This document shows, in pieces, positions 43,007-54,662 of a stretch of 64,000 bases of DNA. The notes under the pieces were generated by a model. That model had not been told where the DNA came from and did not search any database. It worked only from the letters and a program-made list of their open reading frames with translations. Position numbers and translations under genes: made by a program. The DNA lies in NCBI GenBank assembly GCA_963833985.1, contig CAWIAD010000001.1:1472001-1536000 (forward strand), written 5' to 3'. The number at the start of each line of letters is the position of its first letter. Position 1 is the stretch's first letter. Source of the DNA: an uncultured Planctomycetaceae bacterium (lineage in GTDB: Bacteria; Planctomycetota; Planctomycetia; Isosphaerales; Isosphaeraceae).

Positions 43007-45250
43007 CCTACTTTCCGCACATCTCGCCTTGACTATCTCGTAATTTCCGTGTGCCCTCTTTCGGCCAGTCAGGCTCAAATCTCGTAGGCTTTGGGTATCC
43101 CCAGCAGGCGCAGGATTCTCTTCTGGAGCCGAGTTAACTCTGTGCTGAACACCTCAAGAGGGCGTTTCCCAGCCTTCAGGGAATGCTCTTGAACGTCCTC
43201 GTACAGGTCGATCACTTTTCGAGCCGTCGGGCGTCGGCAGGCCCGACCTTCGGAATACAGTGGCAGGCTCTCGATTCCCGCTCGTTCCATCGCGCGGCGG
43301 AGTTCTCGCTCCAACAGCGCCTCGACCAGCAACACGAAGAAGTACACGCAGAGCAAGGCCTGAATCCGACTCACCTCCTTCAGGTACATAGGCGCTACCA
43401 CGAAGTCAGTCTTCAGGTGCTCGAACCGTCGTTCGATGGCCGGTTGCTGTTTGTAGGCCAAGAGCAGATCCTGCTCCGTCATCTTCGATTCGTTGCTCAC
43501 CAGCGGGAAAATGCCATCACAGCGGGCCTCCTCATCCAGTCGCTCCAACTCAATCCGATGCTTCAACGAGTAACGGAGCTTCTCCTCTCGGACGTACCGC
43601 GTGTCCTGTCCAGGCCGGCCGCGTCGCTCCTGGCGGAACTTTTCGGTGACCTGCTCCTCGATCTCGACCGAGATCCACTCGGTGACCTCACAGTCTCGGA
43701 GCAGCTCCTCGACCGCCTCGGCGACCTTGGCTCGACTGCGGTACCGGGTTCGGGACGAGGCGAGCTTGGCACGCAGTTCGTCCAGTCGTTTCAACGCCTT
43801 CTCCAGCCGGGTCAGCCGTACCTCCGCATCCAACTCGGCCTTGCGTGTGCTGTGATACCAGATCAGCCGGTAACCCTCGGTGGTCTGGCTCGCAGGTTTG
43901 CAGATCGAGAAGCGGTCGGTCAACTGTCCCTTGTCGTCGTACTTGTCGTGGGTCCATCGCCACTGGATCTCTCCCCGGAGTACGGCGCCGCGGAAGGCAC
44001 CGTCCTCACTGCGAGTTCGCGGCAGCACGCTGAGGAACCGACCGCCGCGCTGATGCAGATAGGCCATGTTCTCGGTGGTGGCCAGCTTGCAGTCGGCGAT
44101 GTAGAGAAAGTCTCGGCGTCCGGTCAGTTGACAGAGCAACTCCCAGGTCTCCTGGTGAGAGCGGTCGTCGGTGGCGTTGCCGCTCTCGACGCGAAAGTGC
44201 ACCGGGACGGCACCGTCGCCGGTCACGGTGAGGATGTAGAGTAGCTGCTTGAGGTCGGGGCGGTGGTCTTTGTTATGACCCCAGGTCACCGCCAACCGCA
44301 ATTGTCCCCGCAGGGTTCGCTCCGCCTCCGCCGACTCGTAGTCACCGTGGAAAGTGATGGTGGTCGAGTCGTTGTGTAACTGGTCGAGGCTGACGTCGAA
44401 TTCGCGTACGGCATGGGCCGCGACCTTCAGGGCCAACCCCGAGAGATTGGCGTCGAAGAGACGGTCGAGGGCCCGGCCAACTCGATCGTCGTTCATTGCG
44501 GCGACTTGGACATCGGACAACCCGAACAGTTTCGGCTCATGGCGGGCCACCCACTCACCGACACCATAGAGTGGCTCACGCGAGATCAGCAGGTTGCGCA
44601 GCAGGACGAGCAAGGCCGTGGCCGTGGGGACCCGAGTGCGGCCGTCCTCATGGGGCAGGTGGTCGCAGAGAAACTCGCGAAGGCGGAGCCGACTCAGGAA
44701 GTGTTCCAGGATGGGCACGGCGGCAATCCGCCGCGTGTTGAGCGTGCGCGTGCGTCCCTTCGAGCGGGCCGTCTCGCCGGGTTGGCGCGGTCGTTGAGGT
44801 TCGTTCATGCGGATCATCTCCGGAGGGTTTGCAGCGAGTTGGCCGGTGTCCGCCGCCGGGCCTTCCAGGGCCGTGAGGGGAGCAGGCCGACCGCCGCAGG
44901 GCTTGCCGCAATGATGGCGGAGGAGATCGGGACGTCAAGGACAAAAAATCTTGTGATTCACTTATGACAATTTGCCTTGACGTAAGTTGTGAGCCGCTCA
45001 ACTTACGCTCATAGCCCGTGTCACAAGTCGTCGCGGCGAGAATCGCGGCGCGCGGCTGGACATTGCCAAGTCATAAGACAAGGCGAAGAATGGCTCGAGT
45101 TCAGGAACGGTCCGGTTGGCGAACCATCTGAACCGAACAAGGTCCCCGTGCCGATCGACTTGTAGATGTTTACCGACCCTGGGGCCGCGTCTGAGAAGAT
45201 GGCCTCAGGTCGAATTCGGGGAAATCAAAGGGAGATGTGCGGAAAGTAGG
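43007..45250 (-). mobile_element. Complete IS1634-family insertion sequence (2244 bp)
   Basis: Perfect 19-bp TIR CCTACTTTCCGCACATCTC (43007-43025; complement 45232-45250); 6-bp TSD TGGAAA at 43001-43006 and 45251-45256. Confidence 0.93.
43075..44817 (-). CDS. IS1634-family DDE transposase
   Basis: NDDRVGRALD, HNDSTTITFHG, GHNKDHRPDLKQ, GNATD, IADCKL, YKQQPAIERRFEHLK. Confidence 0.92.
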   Translation of the reverse strand: MIRMNEPQRPRQPGETARSKGRTRTLNTRRIAAVPILEHFLSRLRLREFLCDHLPHEDGRTRVPTATALLVLLRNLLISREPLYGVGEWVARHEPKLFGLSDVQVAAMNDDRVGRALDRLFDANLSGLALKVAAHAVREFDVSLDQLHNDSTTITFHGDYESAEAERTLRGQLRLAVTWGHNKDHRPDLKQLLYILTVTGDGAVPVHFRVESGNATDDRSHQETWELLCQLTGRRDFLYIADCKLATTENMAYLHQRGGRFLSVLPRTRSEDGAFRGAVLRGEIQWRWTHDKYDDKGQLTDRFSICKPASQTTEGYRLIWYHSTRKAELDAEVRLTRLEKALKRLDELRAKLASSRTRYRSRAKVAEAVEELLRDCEVTEWISVEIEEQVTEKFRQERRGRPGQDTRYVREEKLRYSLKHRIELERLDEEARCDGIFPLVSNESKMTEQDLLLAYKQQPAIERRFEHLKTDFVVAPMYLKEVSRIQALLCVYFFVLLVEALLERELRRAMERAGIESLPLYSEGRACRRPTARKVIDLYEDVQEHSLKAGKRPLEVFSTELTRLQKRILRLLGIPKAYEI

Positions 45251-45329
45251 TGGAAAGTCTACGGGATTTGGATAATCTACGCGGAATGAACCTGGAAAGG
45301 AATCCGATTCCCGAGCCTGAGCGTTGTTT

Positions 45330-45650
45330 AGTTGGGGAGATGTCAGCGCGGGGGTCTGTATATTTTCACCGCTGCGTCTCCTGATTCAGGAACCACGCGG
45401 CAAGCATGGCCAGTGTTTGATGATGATGCCAGGCTGTCCAGTTCCTCACCTGGCAGTCCGCCAAGCCCGCTTCGCCCTTGGCACGCTGGAGACGCTCCTC
45501 GATCCGATGCTCGGCCTTGGCCACGCGGGCATACTCCTCCAGAGGCACATCTGAATCAACACTTGAAAGATAGTAGTTAGGTTTGAACTTTCTGTCCACC
45601 TGACGCTCAGGCGTGATGAACAGAACTTGCTCCACTCCCGCCGAGGTTGC
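45330..45650 (-). pseudogene. IS701-family transposase C-terminal remnant
   Basis: YYLSS...EHRIEERLQRAKGEAGLADCQVRNWTAWHHHQTLAMLAAWFL; 5' part absent. Confidence 0.8.
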
Positions 45651-45747
45651 TGATGGTCTCGCCCCCCCTTTCCGGTCCCAGCTCAGTATGAGACAATAGC
45701 TCACTTGGCAGTGTTGAAAGAGATCGGTCGATGTCTTGGACCGGGCA

Positions 45748-48700
45748 ATGGATGAGACGAAGAGCCTGTCTGAAGCTCAAGGCTCGCAACCGCTCGGTGA
45801 AGGTTTGACTGGCTCCTCGGATGAGACGAAGAGCCTGTCTGACACGAACGGCTTGCAACCGCCCGTCGTGGGTTCGGGTGCGTTGGCGTCAGGCGACCCC
45901 ACGAGGATCGGGCGCTACCGGATCATCCGCCGTCTCGGTCAGGGCGGGTTCGGGCGAGTCTACCTGGCGCACGATGATGACCTCGACCGACCGGTCGCCA
46001 TCAAGGTGCCGAACCCCGAGCGGATCAGTCAGCCCGAGGATGTGGAAGCCTACCTGAACGAAGCCCGCATCCTCGCCCGGCTGGACCACCCGAACATCGT
46101 TCCGGTCTTCGACGTCGGTCGCACGGAGGTTGGTCTCTGCTTCGTGGTCTCCAAGCTGGTGGAGGGCAGCGACCTGGCGGTCAGGATCGGTCAAGGTCGT
46201 ACGTCCTTCTGGGATGCGGCGGAACTGGTCGCCACGATCGCCGACGCATTGCATTATGCCCATACCCGAGGGCTAGTGCATCGGGACATCAAGCCCGCCA
46301 ACATCCTCATCGATGCCTCGGGTAAACCGTGTCTCGCCGATTTCGGGTTGGCTCTCCAGGACGAGGATTTCGGCAAGGGCGGGGGACTGGCTGGAACTCC
46401 GTCTTACATGAGCCCGGAACAAGCCAGGGGCGAAGGGCATCGGGTTGATGGTCGCTCGGACATCTTCAGCCTGGGCGTGGTCTTCTACGAGTTACTGACC
46501 GGTCGCAGGCCGTTCCGGGGGAACTCGCTCCAAGAGCTCATCGAGCAAGTGAGCGACGCTGAGGCTCGCCCACCCCGGCGAATCGACGACACGATCCCCA
46601 AGGAGCAGGAGCCGCATTTGCCTCAAAGCGATGTCGAAGCGGGCGTCGGGAAGGTACGCCACGGCACGGGACATGGCGGAAGATCTGCGTTTCTTCATCC
46701 AGGCCGCCCGCGGCACTGGCTCAACTCCTCTCAGAAGAGTCCCAGGGAGTCCGCCCGAATCGACTCTGGAAGCGGCCCCACCTCCGTCCAGTTCCCAGCG
46801 ATCGGAGTCCGATCAACGACCGATCAAGATTGTGCCCAGGGGATTGCGGTCATTCGACGAGCACGACGTCGACTTCTTTCTGGAACTGCTCCCCGGGCCC
46901 CGCGACCGCGACGGATTGCCCGAGAGCATTCAGTTCTGGAAGCGCAGGATTGAGCAACGCGATCCCGAAATGACGTTCAGGGTCGGGTTGATTTACGGGC
47001 CGTCAGGCTGCGGCAAGTCGTCGATGGTCAAGGCCGGACTCTTGCCCCGGCTGGCCAAGCACGTCCTGCCCGTTTACAGCGAAGCAACCTCGGACCAAAC
47101 CGAGAGCAGAGTCCTGAACGGGCTACGCAAGCTCTGCCCCGGCCTGCCGCCCGAAGCGGGTCTGGTTGATTCGCTGGCAGCCATTCGTCACGGCCGGGTG
47201 CTGCTTCCTGCGCAAAAAGTCCTCCTGGTGCTGGATCAGTTCGAGCAATGGCTTCACGTGCAGCGCGGTCGGGCGAACACCGAACTCGTCGCCGCGCTAC
47301 GGCAATGCGACGGCGAGCGCCTCCAGGCGATCGTGCTCGTGCGAGACGATTTCTGGATGGCGGCAACGTCGTTCTTCGACGACCTGGAGGCCGAGTTGAT
47401 CCTCCGCCAGAATGCCGTTGCCGTCGACCTCTTTGATCCGCGTCATGCCCGCAAGGTCTTGAGGGCGCTCGGGACCGCGTACGGAATCTTGCCAGTGCGG
47501 CCGGCCGACTTTTCAAGAGAGCAGCATAGCTTTCTGGATGAAGCCATCGCTGATCTTGCCCAGGACGGCAAGATCATCTCCGTACGGTTGACCCTCTTCG
47601 CGGAAATGATGAAAGGGAAGCCGTGGACTCCAGCCACACTGCGCGAGGTCGGCGGCACTCAGGGAATCGGTCTGACGTTCCTCGAAGATACCTTCGGCGC
47701 GTCCACAGGCGCTCCCAGGCATCGCCTTCACCAGAAGGCTGCCCGGGCCACGCTCAAAGCTCTCCTGCCCGAAAACGGCACCGACATCAAGGGACAGATG
47801 AGATCGCGCCAGGAGTTGCTCGAAGCCTCGCGTTATGTCAAACGACCCAGAGACTTCGACGACCTGGTCCGGATCCTCGACGGCGAGCTTCGCCTGATCA
47901 CGCCCACTGACCCGGTGGGTTCCTCGAGTGAAGGTCAGCAGGCCACACCAGGGGAACAGTATTACCAACTCTCGCATGATTATGTGGTGCCCTCATTGCG
48001 TGACTGGCTCACCCGCAAGCAGCGAGAGACGCGGCGAGGACGAGCGGAATTGCGGCTGGCAGAACGGTTGGCGTCATGGAATGCCAAGCCCGAGAATCGC
48101 CTCCTGCCGATCACCGTGGAATGGGCGAACATCCGGCTGCTCACGCGGAAGAAGGATTGGACCGAACCAGAGCGCCGCATGATGAAGTGCGCGGGGCGGG
48201 TTCACGGACTGAGGGCGCTCGGAACACTGGTCTTGATTTCACTGATCTCATGGGCAGGGTGGGAGGGCTATGGCAGGCTACGGGCGTCGGCTCTCGTGGA
48301 GTCGCTTCAGAGGGTGGGTACACCCGATGTGCCCGCCATCGTCGAACAACTCCCGCGCTATCGCCGCTGGGCTGATCCTCAGTTGGTGCGTGTGGTGCGG
48401 AGTACCGATGATCAAAGTCGGGAGCATCTCCATGCCAGCCTGGCCCTGCTCCCCGTCGATGCCACACAGGTTGGCTACCTCTTCGACCGCCTCTCCAAAG
48501 CCACTCCCACCGAACTCCCTGTGCTGCGTAATGCCCTGGAAACCCACCGTTCCACCCTGACTCCGAAGCTCTGGACTGTGCTGGAGTCAGCGAAGACGGG
48601 CGATCCCAGTCTGCTTCCAGCCGCCAGTGCTCTGGCAAGTTACGACCCAGAGAACACAAAGTGGGAAGCCGTAGGCGGCAAGGTGGCTCAGGCGCTCGTG

Positions 48701-51700
48701 ACAATCAATTCCATCTATCTGGGTCCGTGGCTTGAAGCCTTGCGGCCAATGCGTGGCAGGCTGACAGCCCCGATGGTCTCGATCTTCCGGGACAAACGTC
48801 CCGAGAGCGAACACACCCAGGCGACCAACATCCTGACCGATTACGCCAGCGGCGATCCCGACCGCCTTGCCGAACTGCTCATGGTGTCCGACTCGAAGGC
48901 ATATCTGAGCCTGTTCCCGGTCGCCGAGAAGAAGGCAGAACAGGTCTTGCCCATGTTCCAGGCTGAGCTTGCCAGGAGAGCAACCTACTCCTGGAACGAT
49001 CCACCGCTCAATCCATCCTGGACAAAACCCGACGCGGCGCTGGTCAGCCGGATCGAGTCGTCACAGGGCATACTCTCCGAGCGGTTCGCCTTCTGCCAGA
49101 CGATCCCAATGGACGAGTTCCTCACGACCGCAGAGACACTCCGCATGTCAGGCTATCGTCCCATCCGGTTCCGTCCTTACTCCAAGGAGAAGACGGTCAG
49201 GGTAGCGGGGATCTGGACCCGAGATGGTCGCCCCTGGCGAATGTCTTCGGGGCTGACTGATGATGAGGTCCGAGAGCACGATGAACGAAACAAGAAAGAC
49301 AATTTCCTTCCTGTCGATGCCGCCGGTTACGAAACAATCGATAAGGCAGGCTTGCCTGCCGATCGCTACGCTGCCCTCTGGGTCGAGAATACTGGCGATG
49401 ACGACGCCCGGTTGTACGTCGGGGTCACGACCGATGACGAGACCGAGGTTCAGGATAAACTGAAGGAGGCGAAGCTGATCCCGCGGACACAGCACGCCGT
49501 GGTTGGGGCGGACGGTCGCACCAGATACTGTGGCGTCTCGGGACGCTTCCCAGCAACCGCCATCACGGGTCAGACTCATCGAGACCAGTTCGAGGGAAAC
49601 TTCGAGCAGAACCAGGCGCACCAGGGCGACCAGTTGCTCATCGACGCGGCGATCAGCGGGGCGAGCAGGGCACAGACGAGCCAGGATCGCGCGTTGGCTG
49701 CCCTTGCGCGTACGGACAGGGAGCTCAAGACCAAGCCCGACGATCTCGATGCCCGGTTGGCTCGCGCCCTCGCGAACCTGAGTCTCGGGGAGAATCAGAA
49801 AGCACTCGATGACCTTCAGTTCGTGATCGGGAAGTACCCGGAGTCCATCCCTGCAAAAAGGTACAAGGTCATCGCCCTCGCTCGACTCGGCAAGAAGCAA
49901 GATGCCCGGTCCGAGCTGGCGAAGTTCCAGAAAGAACAGGCAGCCGAGAGTTCCAAGCTCTACCTTGCCACCGTCTTGGCGGCCGAATTGGGCGAAGGGG
50001 CGGACAAGGCGGCTCGAGACCCTGGATGCCGCGCTCAAGAAACAGCCAAAGGATGCAGATCTGAGCTATGATGCTGCCCGTGCCCTTTCCCTGGCATCGA
50101 AAGCAATCTCTCGAACAGACAAGATCAAGGGTCGTCAACTTGCGGTTCGCTGCCTCCAATTGCTCAAGGAGGCCGTCAAGAACGGGGATGCCGATTTCGG
50201 CAAAATGGATGAGGACCGTGACCTCGATCCAATCCGGGAGGACCCCGCATTTGCCGACATCATGAAGGCAGGTCACCCCGACCGCCGCTACACCGCCGTA
50301 TGGAACAGCGATGCGCGCTTCGAGGCGATTCCGATCTACGGCGTCGATCCCGCTTCCCAGTTGCAGAAGTGCCGGGAGCTAATCGCCCAGGGTTATCGCC
50401 CGGTGTCGCTCACGCTGACTCGCGCCATCTCCGATGGACCGTTGGCGACTGCCTCGGTCTGGCACCGCCCTGCGGTCAGCGAGGAATTGAAGGATCGCCT
50501 TGCGGAGCGTCAGGCAAGGGCAGCGGTCGCCCTGGTCCGAATGGGCAAAGCTGAGGATGTCTGGACTCTGCTTCGGCATAGCGTCGACCCCCGAGTGCGG
50601 AGTTTCATCCTCAACTGGCTGGATCCCCTGGGTGCCGATCCGAAGTTGATCGCCGCCGAATTTGACCGTCTGGATTCTCCCGTAACCCACCACGCGCCAC
50701 CCGCCACCCAGAAGATGGAAGCCGTTTTGTTCCATCCTGAGACCTCAATTCGGCGGGCGTTGATCCAGGCATTGGGATCCTATGGCACGGAGGGGCTGTC
50801 TCCAGGTGAGCGGGAGCCGCTGACCCGTAAGCTACTCGACCTCTACTGCAACGACCCGGACGCAGGCATCCACGGTGCGGCGGAATGGACACTGCGCAAG
50901 TGGGGACAGCAAGGCAAGTTAAAGGAGGCTGATGCCCAGTTGGTGAAAAGAAAAGACTGGGGCCATCGGCGGTGGCTTGTCAATGCTCAAGGGCAGAGCT
51001 TCGCCGTGATCGAAGGACCGGTCGAGTTTCGCATGGGCTCGCCGCCGACGGAGCCGAATCGTCATGCGAACCTGGAAATTCCGCGTCGGCTGGTCATCCC
51101 CCGCCGCTTCGCCATCGCCGCCAAGGAGGTTACCAAGGAGCAGTGGCAGAGGTTTGAGCGGACCCACCCCCAGCACGGATTGCCTCCGAGCTCCGTGAAC
51201 CAGTTCAGTCCCGACCCGGACGGTCCCATGTCCGGTTTCACCTGGTATATTGCCGCGGAATACTGCAACTGGCTGAGCGAGCAGGAGGGATTACCCAAGC
51301 ACCAGTGGTGCTACATCCCTAATGAAGCAGGTGCGTACGCCGACGGGATGTCCATTCCCGCCGACGTGCTCCAGCGCACGGGCTACCGCCTGCCGACCGA
51401 GCCGGAATGGGAATACGCCTGCCGCTCGGGCACGGTGACCAGCTATTACTTCGGACTGTCGACCGAGCTTGTGGACAAGTACGTGTGGTCTCAATCCAAT
51501 AGCAACGATCATGCCCGGTCCTGCGGGAGCTTGTTTCCGAACGATCTGGGGCTCTTCGACATGCTGGGGAACGAATTTGAATGGGTGCAAGATAGCATGG
51601 ATAGACCAATGCCGAAAAGCGGCGGAGCATTCATAGATAGATTGTCCTTAGAATACTTATCTGACAATATCCATCGCGTGCTTCGGGGCGGGGCGTTCAA

Positions 51701-51800
51701 CATCCTACCGACGGGCGACCGCTCGGCGCTCCGTTGGGGGACCGCGCCGTCGTACCGCTACACTGACCTCGGTTTCCGCCCCGCCAGGACCTACCCCTGA
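45748..51800 (+). CDS. ~2000-aa Ser/Thr kinase - STAND (nSTAND1-like) NTPase - helical/tandem repeats - TPR - FGE-sulfatase/C-type-lectin-fold protein; frameshifts at ~46612 and ~50011
   Basis: Kinase LGQGGFGRVY, HRDIKPANIL, DFGLA, GTPSYMSPEQ; P.RGL..F, GPSGCGKSS, LLVLDQFEQW, VRDDF, LSHDY; GYRP..Y..IW repeats; FRMGSP, EVT, YRLPTEPEWEYACR, NDLGLFDMLGN..EW, RGGAF, GFRPART. Confidence 0.88.
45750..45842 (+). repeat. 69-bp-period duplication in the kinase N-terminus
   Basis: GGATGAGACGAAGAGCCTGTCTGA at 45750-45773 and 45819-45842 (DETKSLS x2). Confidence 0.9.
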
Positions 51801-52311
51801 GTTGCTTTACAACCTGAGCACCCTGCACCTTGTGAAAGCACATTTGTATGTAAAGATGAAATTTATATCAAACTGATTCATTGCGTTTGAGGGGAGACGC
51901 CCTCGACACCGATGCCATCCTTCCCGGTCAGCCAGGCGATACCGTCAACATCGCGACGACGAACCTGACGCACCTGAACCGGTTCCCGGGAATCGACGCC
52001 CGGACCTGGAATCAGCTCCGGTAGGCATCCGGCAGGGCAGGGAGGTCGGGCCAGTCCGAGAAGTCACCGTGTCCGGGCCGCCCATCGAAAGTTCGGACCG
52101 GTCGCCAGTCGCTTCTGCAATCGCAGTTGGAGCTGACGCCGTTGTGGCATGGCCAGTTGCAGGTGACCGTCCTGCCGCCCAGCTGGTATTCGAATGCTTG
52201 GGCGACAAGACGGCTACGGAACTTTTTCTGCGCTCACGTGCAAGAATTGACGGTTTCGCGCTTCGAGCGTTGATTGGCGGTCGGCAGTTTCACATGAGAG
52301 ACTCCGTTCGC

Positions 52312-52716
52312 TCATGTCTCCTGTGCGACCGCCGCGCTCCGCTCGGAGACCAGGCGGTTCATCGCTTCATTCGCCGGCCGGATCTCGAATTGCGTTCCCC
52401 ACTTCATCCTCATCGCCGGGTGTTTCGACAGGAGCGCGATGGCGTGGTTCAGGTCGCGGGCTTCCAGCAGCAGAATGCCGCCGAGCGTTTCCCTGGTCTC
52501 CACAAACGGACCATCGGTGACCTGGACCTCGCCATCCTTCATCCGCAGCGTGACTGCGTTACGGGGGGAATCGAGCGCTTCTCCGCCCAGGAAATGCCCG
52601 CCTCGCCGAAGTACATCGTCGTAGGCAAAACACTCCTCCATCATTCTCTGCGCGTCTGCCTGCGGAATCTGAGCAAACGCCGCTTCGTCGTAGAATCCTA
52701 AACAGACGTATTTCAT
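52312..52716 (-). CDS. YciI/DGPF-domain protein
   Basis: [19 protein letters not shown]. Confidence 0.92.
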   Translation of the reverse strand: MKYVCLGFYDEAAFAQIPQADAQRMMEECFAYDDVLRRGGHFLGGEALDSPRNAVTLRMKDGEVQVTDGPFVETRETLGGILLLEARDLNHAIALLSKHPAMRMKWGTQFEIRPANEAMNRLVSERSAAVAQET

Positions 52717-52783
52717 GCGACCCTCCGTTCAAGGACTGCCGTGCTGGATTTGCCCGGTCTTCCCGCTGCCGAACTCTCTTTCA

Positions 52784-53230
52784 TTATTTAAAACGGGCCA
52801 GGCCGTAACCGTCACGATCCTCCGAGCGGGCTTCCAGTTCTTTCACTTCCTCCAGCCGCTCGGGGGTGACCACCCCGGCAAAGTCCTCCGGTTCCATGAG
52901 CGGACGAATTTCGACGTCGGAGTCTTCGGCCGTCAAGGTCGGAAATCTCTTCACCCAGTCAATCGCTTCTTGGAGTGAAGAGACCTTCCAGATCATGAAC
53001 CCGGCGATGAGTTCCGTCGTCTCGGCGAATGGCCCGTTGGTGACGTTGCGATTTGAGCCGGAGAACCGAACACGGGCGCCGCGAGAACTCGGCGTCAGTC
53101 CCGTACCGTCGAGCATGATTCCCGCATTGATCAATTCTTCGTTGAACTTGTCCATGGCCGCGAACGCTTCGGGGTCCATCTCGCCGGCTTCCGACGCCGC
53201 TGTCGCTCTGGCAATCACCATGACTTTCAT
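52784..53230 (-). CDS. YciI/DGPF-domain protein
   Basis: GLTPSSRGARV, VTNGPFAETTELIAGF, EAIDWVKR, EIRP. Confidence 0.92.
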   Translation of the reverse strand: MKVMVIARATAASEAGEMDPEAFAAMDKFNEELINAGIMLDGTGLTPSSRGARVRFSGSNRNVTNGPFAETTELIAGFMIWKVSSLQEAIDWVKRFPTLTAEDSDVEIRPLMEPEDFAGVVTPERLEEVKELEARSEDRDGYGLARFK

Positions 53231-53289
53231 GACGGAACTCCTGAACTTGGTGGTTGGGAATGCGATGGAAGTCGGTCATTTTCCGACTG

Positions 53290-53325
53290 TCACCAGTAGT
53301 CAAACGAGAAACTCGCCGATCGACA
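53290..53325 (-). promoter_or_regulatory. ECF42-type promoter upstream of the YciI pair
   Basis: Minus strand TGTCGA-N17-TGAC-TACTGGTGA; a similar TGTCGA-N16-GGTC lies just upstream of the ECF42 gene (TCGACA at 55953-55958). Confidence 0.55.
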
Positions 53326-53562
53326 ACAATCTCCGAATACTGCCAGGTAACCGTTCACAGCCGTGGTAGGGCAAGGCATGGCCCTGACGGTCCACGCCAA
53401 CTCTGGGCCAGCAAAGGGGCTCCCCACCATCCTAATCCCGCCCGGCTCGCATAGCCGCGTTCGACCGACCCGGATAGGATTGCCGCGCCAGGGAAGGCCG
53501 TGAAGCCAGGGATGGCCTGGAGTGCTTTCAAAGCCTGCACTCTTGCTCGGAGGCAAGTAGAC

Positions 53563-54543
53563 ATGCGTAAGGTCGGACGAGCCATTCTCCTGTTGTGTGC
53601 TCTCTCGGGAAGCGTCCGGAGTCTTGCCGGCGGCGACCGAGGCGGCGACAAGGAAGCTTTCCAAGCTGCGCGCGGACACTCCTCTCCTCAAGAGGCATTC
53701 CAGGCGAGACGGGCCGCGATCGCCAGGAGGGACTGGCGTACGGCCTTCGCCTCGATGACGCCGGAGACTCAGGACCACGCGGTCGTGGAGATGGCCTGGG
53801 CCTGGCTCTGGCTCGGATCGGGCGCCACGGGCCATGAGAGGCCGTGGGGCAGGTCCTATCCGCCGCGCTGGCCCGGAGACAGATTTTACGTGCTCGGAGT
53901 CGACGAGACGCCGTGGGACGGCCTCGGAAAAACCGCGCGCGACGCAGCCATCGCCAGGGTCCGCGAGATCACGAAGACGCATGGATTGGAACTCCAGAAG
54001 TTCCAGGCCGAGTACGAGAAGAGAGGCAAGGCGGGCGAGGACGAGATCGTCGCGGAGCGCGCGAAGCGCGAAATCGATCATCTCAAGGCGTACTTGAAGG
54101 AACATCCCGAGGAGCGTGAGGAGGGCGAGAAGTTCCTCAGGGAGCATCCCGAGGCCTTCGGCACCGGGATCACGGAGGTCCGCCCTTGCGAGAGGCTCCG
54201 GCCCGATTTGCTCGAACCCGATATCGAACTGGAAGCCCGGGTCATCCTCTCCCAGATCATCGACAAGGCGGGGTTCTACGAGGAATCGACGGATCTGGTC
54301 AAACCCCGGGTCGTGATCCCGGGACAAGAAGATTACGCCTTCGGCGACCTGCAAGGCGTGACGATAGCTGGGGACACGGCCAAGGGCTGGGTCGTCTGTC
54401 ACACCGACATTCATGTCAGTGGCTTGAAGGACGCGATCAAGCCCGGACGCGTTCTCTGCCGCTTCCGTAGGCTGAATGGCCGGTGGTACAATGACAACCG
54501 GGAGGGGGATCTGGCCCGATACGACGAACCCCGGGAGCGTTGA
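53563..54543 (+). CDS. Secreted hypothetical protein
   Basis: Signal peptide MRKVGRAILLLCALSG after GGAGG; C-terminal GDTAKG..FRRLNGRW resembles NTF2-like endings. Confidence 0.75.
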   Translation: MRKVGRAILLLCALSGSVRSLAGGDRGGDKEAFQAARGHSSPQEAFQARRAAIARRDWRTAFASMTPETQDHAVVEMAWAWLWLGSGATGHERPWGRSYPPRWPGDRFYVLGVDETPWDGLGKTARDAAIARVREITKTHGLELQKFQAEYEKRGKAGEDEIVAERAKREIDHLKAYLKEHPEEREEGEKFLREHPEAFGTGITEVRPCERLRPDLLEPDIELEARVILSQIIDKAGFYEESTDLVKPRVVIPGQEDYAFGDLQGVTIAGDTAKGWVVCHTDIHVSGLKDAIKPGRVLCRFRRLNGRWYNDNREGDLARYDEPRER

Positions 54544-54662
54544 TTCACGTCCAGGGCCCGGCGATCGTATCTCTCGACCGGCACTGTCCCGAGCAGGGCG
54601 GCGGATCGGGAAGGCTTTGGACTTGGCCCTGGACCGACGGACGGGCGTCTAACGCGACGAAG

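Noticed and set aside
51801..52311. DGR template repeat or RT downstream of the FGE gene
   Set aside because: No AAC-rich copy of the variable region and no RT motifs seen here or elsewhere in the window.
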